This document shows, one piece after another, positions 28,077 through 35,642 of a DNA stretch of 64,000 bases. The translations under genes were made by a program, and so were the position numbers. The DNA is from Minisyncoccota bacterium (GTDB taxonomy: Bacteria > Patescibacteriota > Minisyncoccia > 2-02-FULL-40-12 > IGHO2-12-FULL-4). Location of the stretch: the NCBI GenBank assembly GCA_036517795.1, contig DATDTF010000011.1, positions 9,772 through 73,771 of the forward strand. The letters run 5' to 3'. Positions within the stretch are counted from its first letter, which is position 1. The number at the start of each line of letters is the position of its first letter. The notes below the pieces were generated by a model. It saw only the letters and a program-made list of their open reading frames with translations. It searched no databases and was not told the origin of the DNA.

Positions 28077-30071
28077 TTAATTTGCATTGGGGTTTATTAA
28101 TTTCTGAACCTTTTCTTCCACTGACGTAGAAAAAATTTCTTTAGGTTTATCTTTGTATATTTCTTCTATAATTCGCCTGCATATTGGAGCGGCAAGCAAA
28201 CCTCCGGTCTGTCTGGCACCAATGCTTTTGGGCGTGTCATAGCCAAGCCTGACTCCAACCGTATAACCACGAGCACCGGGGGTAAAACCAAAAAACAAAA
28301 CGTCGCGGGATTCGTTTGTTGTTCCCGTCTTGCCGGCAACTTTCTGTTCTATGCCCTTGAAAGTAAGTTTGGCTGTTCCTATTTCCGTAACCGCTCTCAT
28401 CAAAGCCGTCATATCTTCTGCAACCTCGGGAGAAAGAACATTTTTTGCTGCCGGCTCTTTCTGATAAAGAATTTTGCCTTCAGAGTCGGCAATTTCGTAA
28501 ACAATAACCGGTTCGTAGTAAGAACCCTGGTTTGGAAAAACAGAAAAAGCCGCTGTAAGCTCCAGCAGACCCACCGACGAAGCACCGATAGCAGTCGGCA
28601 AATAAGGATCAAGTTTGCTTTTTATACCCATCTCATGAGCCGTTGCTATGACATCTTTGATACCGATTCTGCTGGCTAGAAATATTGTCGCAACATTTCT
28701 AGAAAGCACTAAACCCCGCCAAAGGTCAATAAAACCCATAAAATCCGGGTGTGACTTTTCACGAAAGTTTTTAGGACTCCACCATTTAAGGACTTTGCCA
28801 TGAAAACTTATTTTCCCAGGCAAGTGGATTGGACAGTCACAGATTTTGTCATAGAAACTCCAACCTTCTTTCAAGGCGGTAGCATAAGTAAAAATTTTAA
28901 AAGCCGAACCCGGTTGCCGAATGGCAGACTGTTGGACAGCGCGGTTGTACTTGGTTTCGGCAAAATCATGCCCACCGACAACAGCCACTATTTTGCCGGA
29001 AAAATTCTCAATCACCACTACCGCACCCTCGAGTTTTTCTTTGTCGTTTTTCCAATCCGAGTTTAATTTTGCCAAATGTTCCTTCAGAACTTCGGTTACA
29101 GTTTTCTGTATGCGGCTGTCTATGGTAGTTTTAACTTTCAAGCCGCCATTGTGCCATATTTGGTCCCGGTTGTAGCCTTTTTCCAAGAGTGTTCTTCTCG
29201 CAAAATCTTTGGCATAGTCAAAACTCGGTTCTGTTTTGGAAATGTTCAAGTTAATTGCCTCAAGTTTGAAACGTTCATATTCTTCTTTTGTTATAAATTT
29301 GTTTTCGGCCATCAGCATCAAAACCCGGTTTCTTCTTTCAACAGCCGCTTTTTCCTGATTTATAGGCGAAAACCTAGCGGGGGACTTGATTAACGCTGCC
29401 AAAACTGCCGCTTCAGGGACAATTAAGTCCTTCAACTCTTTGCCAAAATAGTAGCGGCTGGCTTCAACTACGCCGAAACGGCCGTGGCCTAAATAGACAT
29501 AGTTAACATAGGTTTCAAAAATTTCTTCTTTGCTATAATGCTTCTCCAACTGCACAGCCAAACGGGCTTCTTTCCACTTTCTTTTATATCCCATTTCTCT
29601 GTTTTTGAATTCGGGCACCTCATCTTCGTAGAGCAAGCGGGTTAGCTGTTGAGTGACGGTGCTTGCTCCCGAAACCGTCCTTCTGGCCAGCGTGTTGTGA
29701 ACGAAAGCCCTGACTATAGAGATTGGGTCAATGCCGAAGTGATAAAAACTGTAAAAAAACCTTTCATCTTCAGTCGCAAGTACGGCGTTTTTGACAAGCG
29801 GAGGAATATCTTTGAATTTTACCGGATCACGGTTTTCATAAAAGAATCTGCCGGCAATTTTTTCGTCTTTGGAATAGATATAGGAAGAACGGTTAAGTTT
29901 CAGGTCAGAAAGCTTTTTGACATTCGGCAAATCGCTTGTTTTAAGATACACGTACAGGAAAAAAACGCCGCCAGCGGCTATTGCCAAGACGACTATCACG
30001 CAAAACATCAAAAACAAGTAAAGGGCAATTTTCTTAAGTAATTCCACCTGCTGCCTCTTTTCAAAGTTCAA
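28077..30071 (-). CDS. Class A penicillin-binding protein (PBP1A family)
   Basis: Transglycosylase EDERF and GASTVTQQL; transpeptidase SAFK, SRN and KTG. Confidence 0.93.
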   Translation of the reverse strand: MNFEKRQQVELLKKIALYLFLMFCVIVVLAIAAGGVFFLYVYLKTSDLPNVKKLSDLKLNRSSYIYSKDEKIAGRFFYENRDPVKFKDIPPLVKNAVLATEDERFFYSFYHFGIDPISIVRAFVHNTLARRTVSGASTVTQQLTRLLYEDEVPEFKNREMGYKRKWKEARLAVQLEKHYSKEEIFETYVNYVYLGHGRFGVVEASRYYFGKELKDLIVPEAAVLAALIKSPARFSPINQEKAAVERRNRVLMLMAENKFITKEEYERFKLEAINLNISKTEPSFDYAKDFARRTLLEKGYNRDQIWHNGGLKVKTTIDSRIQKTVTEVLKEHLAKLNSDWKNDKEKLEGAVVVIENFSGKIVAVVGGHDFAETKYNRAVQQSAIRQPGSAFKIFTYATALKEGWSFYDKICDCPIHLPGKISFHGKVLKWWSPKNFREKSHPDFMGFIDLWRGLVLSRNVATIFLASRIGIKDVIATAHEMGIKSKLDPYLPTAIGASSVGLLELTAAFSVFPNQGSYYEPVIVYEIADSEGKILYQKEPAAKNVLSPEVAEDMTALMRAVTEIGTAKLTFKGIEQKVAGKTGTTNESRDVLFFGFTPGARGYTVGVRLGYDTPKSIGARQTGGLLAAPICRRIIEEIYKDKPKEIFSTSVEEKVQKLINPNAN

Positions 30072-30114
30072 TTTTTACTGTTGAATAAGTTATCACTACT
30101 GGAGGTCTTTGACA

Positions 30115-31233
30115 ATGGTTGAAAAAAGAGCCGATATTGCTGTAATTGGCGCGGGGGTTGTGGGCTGCGCAATCGCCAGACAGCTGTCTATAACTAGACC
30201 TAGCACAAAAATTGTTGTTTTGGAAAAACTAAGGAGCGTTGGTCTGGAGACCAGCAGTTTAAACAGCGGTGTCTTACACTCCGGCATTCATCAAAATCCA
30301 AACTTTCTAAAGTCAAAACTAGCCAGAGAAGGCAGTAAGATGGCGGCCTATTACATGAAAATCCGCTCCCTGCCGGTGATGCACTGCGGGATGCTGATAG
30401 TGGTTTCTCAAGAGTCTCTAAGGCATGGGCTTTATAAAGAATGGCTAGATTTATGGCAACTGATAAAAAAGGGTAAAGAGCAAAAAATTAACTTAAAATT
30501 TTTGACACCACTTGGAATTAAAAAAATTGAGCCAAACATCAGAGCTCTCGGCGGTATTTTTATTTCCAACGTTTGGGTTATCGACCCGACAACTTTAGTT
30601 AATTCACTTTATAAAGAGGCTCAAGCAAATGGCGTCAGTTTCTTTTTTGAAAGTCCGGTTATTTCAGCAGACAAAACCAATGGCACCTATCTGCTTTCAA
30701 CGCCCAACAAAGAGTTCTCTGCAAAAAAAGTAGTCAATGCGGCGGGTCTTTACGCCGACGAGGTTGCCCGAATGGCCGGTTTTGCGGAATATAAAATCTA
30801 CCCTTGGCGAGGTGAATATTATGAAGTAATAGGAGAAAAGAAAAAATTGGTCAGCCGTTTGGTTTATCCGGCACTGCCCGCCAATTATCCCGGAAAGGGA
30901 ATTCACTTTAGTCCCAGAGTTGACGGCAGATTATTCGTAGGCCCGAATGCCCGACCAGTTCCCAGAAAAAATTTTTACATAGAATGCAAAACTTCTGTTG
31001 CAGAATTTTTAAGGGCTGTCCAGCGCTTCTGTCCGCAAATTAAAGAAGAAGATTTGGTTTGGGCCTATTCTGGCATCCGACCCAAACTGACTAACGCCGC
31101 CGAAGAATCGGACTTTATAATAAAGTTAGACAATCAGAACCCCCACTGGTTGAATCTTGTCGGCGTTGAATCACCCGGACTTTCTTCTGCTATGGCCATT
31201 GCTGAATATGTAGAAAAGCTTTTCAAAAGCTAA
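30115..31233 (+). CDS. FAD-dependent oxidoreductase, L-2-hydroxyglutarate oxidase (LhgO)-like
   Basis: VIGAGVVG, TSSLNSGVLHSG, NAAGLYAD, RGEYY and GVESPGLSS motifs. Confidence 0.85.
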   Translation: MVEKRADIAVIGAGVVGCAIARQLSITRPSTKIVVLEKLRSVGLETSSLNSGVLHSGIHQNPNFLKSKLAREGSKMAAYYMKIRSLPVMHCGMLIVVSQESLRHGLYKEWLDLWQLIKKGKEQKINLKFLTPLGIKKIEPNIRALGGIFISNVWVIDPTTLVNSLYKEAQANGVSFFFESPVISADKTNGTYLLSTPNKEFSAKKVVNAAGLYADEVARMAGFAEYKIYPWRGEYYEVIGEKKKLVSRLVYPALPANYPGKGIHFSPRVDGRLFVGPNARPVPRKNFYIECKTSVAEFLRAVQRFCPQIKEEDLVWAYSGIRPKLTNAAEESDFIIKLDNQNPHWLNLVGVESPGLSSAMAIAEYVEKLFKS

Positions 31234-31260
31234 CCCACTTAACAGTGGGTTTTTTATAAC

Positions 31261-31432
31261 TGGCGGAGGGTAGAGGAGTCTCCTTCGCCTCTCGTCGCGC
31301 CGTCGCGCTCCTCGGGCTAGGCACCATCTCGCGGTGACCGCTGGTGCGGTCACATCGCTCCGATGTTCGACTCCCACCACCTCTATTCCAAGACGGATTT
31401 AAACGTGCCTAAAGGCACCTTCAAATCCGTAT
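31261..31432 (-). mobile_element. ~170-bp non-coding element at the tRNA-Ser 3' end with duplicated tRNA 3' terminus
   Basis: 18-bp direct repeat GCGGAGGGTAGAGGAGTC at 31263-31280 and 31433-31450; internal hairpins. Confidence 0.7.
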
Positions 31433-31433
31433 G

Positions 31434-31515
31434 CGGAGGGTAGAGGAGTCGAACCTCTAAGGGCTTGCGCCCGGCGGTTTTCGAAACCGCTGCCATACCA
31501 TTAGGCGAACCCTCC
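31434..31515 (-). tRNA. tRNA-Ser(CGA)
   Basis: GGAGGGT...ACCCTCC-G acceptor; GCGGT-TTCGAAA-ACCGC anticodon arm; long variable arm. Confidence 0.93.
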
Positions 31516-31566
31516 AGACTTAGTAAATTAGCATTTTTAAGGTCTTTTTTCAACAAAAAAGCGGAT

Positions 31567-32262
31567 TTATTTCCGCTCATTTATACACTCCTCAAAATCC
31601 CCAAAAAAAGTCGGTACCGGAAAAACCATAACATGAAGACAGTTGTTATAAAACTCGTCTCTGACATGGATAAGGTTTAGATTCTGTAATTCCAGCAGAT
31701 ATTCCTTTAGCCAGCATAGTTCATCTCTTATTAAGTCCTTGGTGCTAATGTCAAAAGTTGCACCGGTAAGATGGCTGGACTGACGGTCAAGATTTTCCTC
31801 GTCCCAAATCGCATTTGGATTCCTTCTGGCCAAAGCTTTCTGATATTTTCTATGCCTAACAAGGCCCGTAATTTTGACTTTCTTTTTACTTCTCTTCTTG
31901 ATCTTCTGGGTATGTTCGTAAAAATCCTTGCTAAGTTGATTGATAAAAACCAAAGTCCAGGGACTTATGAAATGGGTTCTTTTATCCAGACTTGGGTCAA
32001 CAAAAAAATACTGCGTAGATGACGGAACGGAAACCAATTTCTTTAACCGCACGGCTTCTTTAACCTCTGACTCGTTCTCAAACCGCTGAAGTTTCCAGAG
32101 ATCAACCACAAAATTCTGCTTCTCCAACGAGTATTTGCCGAAAAAAGCTTCTTTAAAATCTTTGGCAGAATACTTTGAATTACAGCAACAATAAACCCTT
32201 GCTTCAGTATGTGCTGCTGAACAAAAGAAAAAAAACAAAAAACTTAAAAGAACTTTTGCCAT
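31567..32262 (-). CDS. Exported DUF5715/peptidase-M15-like protein
   Basis: ITGLVR...Q..L.RRNPNA...SSHLTGATFDIS...CLHVMV, an H-x6-D...H zinc-ligand pattern. Confidence 0.7.
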   Translation of the reverse strand: MAKVLLSFLFFFFCSAAHTEARVYCCCNSKYSAKDFKEAFFGKYSLEKQNFVVDLWKLQRFENESEVKEAVRLKKLVSVPSSTQYFFVDPSLDKRTHFISPWTLVFINQLSKDFYEHTQKIKKRSKKKVKITGLVRHRKYQKALARRNPNAIWDEENLDRQSSHLTGATFDISTKDLIRDELCWLKEYLLELQNLNLIHVRDEFYNNCLHVMVFPVPTFFGDFEECINERK

Positions 32263-32295
32263 TGATGCGCTCCGATTTGTAAAGTTTCACCTTTG

Positions 32296-32366
32296 TGGAC
32301 CTACCGGGATTCGAACCCGGGACTAGCCCATGCCATGGGCTCGTGTTACCCCTATACCATAGGCCC
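32296..32366 (-). tRNA. tRNA-Ala(GGC)
   Basis: GGGCCTA/TAGGTCC-A acceptor with G3:U70; AGCCC-ATGGCAT-GGGCT anticodon arm; GTTCGAATC T-loop. Confidence 0.92.
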
Positions 32367-33050
32367 TCTATAGGTTGCATTTAGTACTCTAATTATCGCG
32401 TCAATTTCGTTATATATTCCAGCATTAAGCAAATCAATTTTACAAACTCCTGGATATTTTTTCTTTTTAGTAGGCTTACCGATTGTTCGCTTATCAACTC
32501 TAGCTTTATAAAACTTGTTCTGCGGTATATTAGTAACCTTAGACCAGAAATGCTCTAGTTTTTTAATATTCTGATCAGCCCTACATTGTAGCGTACACCT
32601 AAAACTATCCTCGTAAAATTTAAAGCAAAATCTAAGCAAAACCAGAAAGAGGCTTATTATCTTAGGGTCTGAGTTGGCAAAAGATAAAGACCCTCTCTTG
32701 CCTTTTGATCCTTCGGCTGCATAAAGCAAGGAAAGGGCAATTTTGGCTACATCTTTGTTTTTTAATTTATCTAATAGATATCTATTTTTTTGAAAAAGAG
32801 AACTTAGATATTTTTCTCTTTTGGCCTTATTAACTGCAACCGCAATCAACCTACCACGTTCACCAGACTCTTTAACAATTTTGCATATTTTGTCCTTATA
32901 GTAATCTGGAAGAGATACATTTCTACACCAATAAGATAGCGTACTTTTAGGAATGTCGGACTTTAAAATTGCGCGAATCTCGCTAAAGGTCTTCCCATTC
33001 TTTCTTTCTTTAATAACCCTTTCCTGCAGGTAACTGTGGTTTGAAAGCAT
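32352..33050 (-). CDS. HTH plus LAGLIDADG-like putative endonuclease
   Basis: N-terminal HTH (TFSEIR..IPKSTLSYW); LLYAAEGS...FANSDPKII..F resembles the LAGLIDADG helix. The last codons overlap the tRNA-Ala 5' end. Confidence 0.6.
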   Translation of the reverse strand: MLSNHSYLQERVIKERKNGKTFSEIRAILKSDIPKSTLSYWCRNVSLPDYYKDKICKIVKESGERGRLIAVAVNKAKREKYLSSLFQKNRYLLDKLKNKDVAKIALSLLYAAEGSKGKRGSLSFANSDPKIISLFLVLLRFCFKFYEDSFRCTLQCRADQNIKKLEHFWSKVTNIPQNKFYKARVDKRTIGKPTKKKKYPGVCKIDLLNAGIYNEIDAIIRVLNATYRGPMV

Positions 33051-33110
33051 GTTTTAATTGTACCACAGAGCTTGTCCACGAGCAAAAAAGTAAGTACGCT
33101 CTGACGTTGA

Positions 33111-33136
33111 CTGCTCCGCCGCTGAGCTACAGGCCC
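33111..33136 (-). pseudogene. Orphan 5' fragment of a tRNA-Ala (acceptor 5' strand plus D-arm)
   Basis: GGGCCTGTAGCTCAGCGGCGGAGCA, 23/25 identical to the 5' end of tRNA-Ala(CGC) at 35369; no anticodon or T arm follows. Confidence 0.75.
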
Positions 33137-33140
33137 TTTT

Positions 33141-33530
33141 TTAATAAGTGGAGAATCTTTTTTCTTTAAATTTTTTGTCGCTTTGCTTTTTGCTCTCCTT
33201 GTCATACCAATCTATAATATTTAAAGCGTCTGCGTAGTTTTCATCCATCAATTCTGCCGGTACATCCACCCCTTTAAGCACCTTTTTAATCGCCGCAAAA
33301 ACTTTTTCTCTCTCGAATTTATGGTCTTCGGAAGCAACCATACCAAAACTCGGATTGTTTTTGCGCAACTCTGTCAAGCGTCCTGCCTTGTAGCGTCTAA
33401 AAATATTAATGACATCATTCAGTTCCGAGTCACTCAACTCTTTCAGGCCTCTTGAAAAATCCGACTTAATTTCAACTCTTGGCCCGGAAAACTTATCTTC
33501 TCTTTTTTCTGTTTGCATATTAGTTAACAT
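33141..33530 (-). CDS. Hypothetical protein
   Basis: 129-aa charged ORF filling the gap; no recognised motif. Confidence 0.5.
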   Translation of the reverse strand: MLTNMQTEKREDKFSGPRVEIKSDFSRGLKELSDSELNDVINIFRRYKAGRLTELRKNNPSFGMVASEDHKFEREKVFAAIKKVLKGVDVPAELMDENYADALNIIDWYDKESKKQSDKKFKEKRFSTY

Positions 33531-33574
33531 TTAAAATTTCAATTGAAAAATATCACAAAAGTGATAGAATGGCA

Positions 33575-33645
33575 ACCGACGGCGTGAAAACTCGGCAAAG
33601 AAAAATATCGGCAGATAAGAGATTTGTGGATTTCGTCAGCTTACT
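33575..33645 (+). repeat. Dispersed repeat copy directly upstream of tRNA-Arg
   Basis: GACGGCGTGAAAACTCGGCAAAGAAAAATATCGGCAGATAAGAG...TTCGTCAGCTTACT shares blocks with both 55980-56010 (reverse complement) and 18025-18128. Confidence 0.7.
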
Positions 33646-33717
33646 GCCCTCGTAGTTCAATGGACAGAACAAGACACTCCTAGCGTCTAGATCCATGTTC
33701 GACTCATGGCGAGGGCA
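33646..33717 (+). tRNA. tRNA-Arg(CCT)
   Basis: GCCCTCG/CGAGGGC-A acceptor; A20 in the D-loop; anticodon loop CTCCTAG (A31.C39 mismatch). Confidence 0.88.
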
Positions 33718-33726
33718 CAAAGATAA

Positions 33727-35199
33727 ATGAAACTACCCGAAGAAGTAAAATTGATTTTAGAAAAGCTAACTGAAAACAATTTTCAGGCTTTTGTTGTTGG
33801 TGGCTGTGTGCGCGATTTATTGATGGGCAAAGAACCAAAAGACTGGGACGTAACAACAAATGCCAAGCCCGAAGAAATACAAAAAATTTTTCCTGACAGT
33901 TTTTATGAAAACGAGTTTGGTACGGTAGGCGTAAAGGTTTCAAGGAAAGTAAGCCCTCCGAATGCCGATATTGCAAATTCTCTTCAAGTAGTTGAGGTTA
34001 CTACCTACAGAACCGAGTCCAAATACACCGACAAAAGACATCCCGACAAAATTGAATTTGCCGACAAGCTTGAGGACGATTTAAAAAGAAGAGACTTCAC
34101 TGTTAATGCACTGGCCATGGACAGTGAGGGAAATATTATTGACCTTTTTAATGGGCAGAATGATTTGAAAAAAAAGATTGTTAAGGCCGTCGGCAATGCC
34201 GAAGAAAGGTTCTCTGAAGACGCTTTGCGCATGATAAGAGCAATAAGACTGGCTACGGTATTGGGCTTTGAGATTAAGACTGAAACACTGAAAGCCATCA
34301 AAGCAAAGCACTTACTAATGCAAATAATTTCAAAAGAGAGAATCAGGGATGAATTTGTAAAAATTATAAATTCTCCAGAGGCAAAAGCCGGCATGGAGTT
34401 GTTAAGAGAGACTGAACTAATGAGATATGTTGTTCCGGAAATCCTTGAAGGAGTCGGGGTGGAACAGAACCTCCACCATATTTATACTGTCTGGGAACAC
34501 AACGTCCGTGCTCTGCAATATGCCTGCGATAAAAACTATTCCACCGAAGTAAGGCTGGCTTCTTTACTGCATGATATCGGCAAACCCAGAGCAAAAAGAG
34601 GGGAGGGTAGAAATTCCACTTTTTATGGACACGAAGTTGTGGGAGCCAGAATGACTGCTCAAATTCTTGATCGTTTGAAATTGTCCAAAAACCAGACAGA
34701 TAAAATCACTAAATTGGTCAGATGGCATCTTTTCTATTACAATGTCGGCGAAGTTACCGAAAGCTCGGTTAGACGCTTGGTTGCTAATATAGGCAAGGAA
34801 AACGTTGAAGATTTGATTAAAGTCAGGGAGGCCGACCGTATTGGTTCCGGTACACCCAAGGCCAAGCCCTATAAGCTCCGCCATTTACAGTTTGTAATTG
34901 ATAAAGTGGCCCGAGATCCAATATCTCCAAAGATGCTTAAAGTTAACGGCAACGATATTATGAAACTCTTAGATATGGTTCCCGGACCAAAAATCGGTCT
35001 GATTATGTCCGCATTAATGGACGAAATACTTGACGACCCGACCAAAAATACCAAAGATTATTTAGAAAAAAGGGTAGAGGAACTAAGCAAACTTCCAGAC
35101 AAAGAACTTCTGAACTTGGGTCAGCAGGGAAAATCCAAGCTGGCTGAAGAAGAAGAAAAAGAAGTGGAGAAAATTAAGCAAAAGCATTTTGTAAGTTAA
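33727..35199 (+). CDS. cca: CCA tRNA nucleotidyltransferase with HD domain
   Basis: VGGCVRD, DWD, RRDFTVNA, EDALRMIR and LLHDIGKP motifs. Confidence 0.92.
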   Translation: MKLPEEVKLILEKLTENNFQAFVVGGCVRDLLMGKEPKDWDVTTNAKPEEIQKIFPDSFYENEFGTVGVKVSRKVSPPNADIANSLQVVEVTTYRTESKYTDKRHPDKIEFADKLEDDLKRRDFTVNALAMDSEGNIIDLFNGQNDLKKKIVKAVGNAEERFSEDALRMIRAIRLATVLGFEIKTETLKAIKAKHLLMQIISKERIRDEFVKIINSPEAKAGMELLRETELMRYVVPEILEGVGVEQNLHHIYTVWEHNVRALQYACDKNYSTEVRLASLLHDIGKPRAKRGEGRNSTFYGHEVVGARMTAQILDRLKLSKNQTDKITKLVRWHLFYYNVGEVTESSVRRLVANIGKENVEDLIKVREADRIGSGTPKAKPYKLRHLQFVIDKVARDPISPKMLKVNGNDIMKLLDMVPGPKIGLIMSALMDEILDDPTKNTKDYLEKRVEELSKLPDKELLNLGQQGKSKLAEEEEKEVEKIKQKHFVS

Positions 35200-35204
35200 A
35201 TTTT

Positions 35205-35276
35205 CGGGCTGTAGTGTACCGGCAACACGGGTCGTTCGGGTCGATCAGACAGAGGGTTCGATTCCCTCCAGCCCGA
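35205..35276 (+). tRNA. tRNA-Pro(CGG)
   Basis: CGGGCTG/CAGCCCG-A acceptor; GGTCG-TTCGGGT-CGATC anticodon arm. Confidence 0.92.
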
Positions 35277-35349
35277 CAACATGAGTTTATATTTATCAAG
35301 AATAACTAGGCTTGGGCCTATAGCACAGTGGTAATGCGCCGCATTTTCA

Positions 35350-35458
35350 CCCCGTTAGAAATGCCTCTGGGCCAGTAGCTCAGCGGCAGAGCACTGCATT
35401 CGCATTGCAGGGGTCGGGGGTTCAATTCCCCCCTGGTCCACCAGCATTTCTAACGGGG
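35350..35458. mobile_element. Inverted-repeat-bounded cassette carrying a tRNA
   Basis: Perfect 15-bp IRs CCCCGTTAGAAATGC (35350-35364) and GCATTTCTAACGGGG (35444-35458). Confidence 0.75.
35369..35443 (+). tRNA. tRNA-Ala(CGC), intact inner copy
   Basis: GGGCCAG/CTGGTCC-A-CCA acceptor with G3:U70; CTGCA-TTCGCAT-TGCAG anticodon arm; GGGGG-TTCAATT-CCCCC T arm. Confidence 0.95.
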
Positions 35459-35642
35459 CGCAATTGCAATAGAGATGGGGGATTCTCCCTAATTTTTTAA
35501 CGCTCGTTATGCCTTCGGCATAAACACTCGCTAAAATTAGGAGTTAAAGTGAAGTAGTTCATTTTAACTGCCCCTAGGTCCACCAAGAGAAATTAAAGAT
35601 TAAAAAATCACGCGAGAATGCGTGATTTTTCTAAAGAACTAT

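Larger units (their letters stand above)
35314..35585 (+). pseudogene. Interrupted outer tRNA-Ala enclosing an insertion
   Basis: 5' half GGGCCTATAGCACAGTGGTAATGCGCCGCATT at 35314-35345; CGCAA resumes at 35459; complementary 3' end CCCCTAGGTCCACCA at 35571-35585. Confidence 0.7.

Noticed and set aside
30130-30140. GCCGATATTGC in the oxidoreductase, matching the repeat core
   Set aside because: It encodes the normal ADIAVIG Rossmann strand and has no flanking similarity.
31360-31390. GTTCGACTCCCACCACCTC resembling a plus-strand tmRNA/tRNA 3' end
   Set aside because: No matching 5' acceptor strand or tag ORF; treated as part of the tRNA-Ser element.
33646-33717. CTA in the anticodon loop suggesting an amber suppressor tRNA
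   Set aside because: Stem register and U33 place the anticodon at CCT; A20 supports Arg identity.
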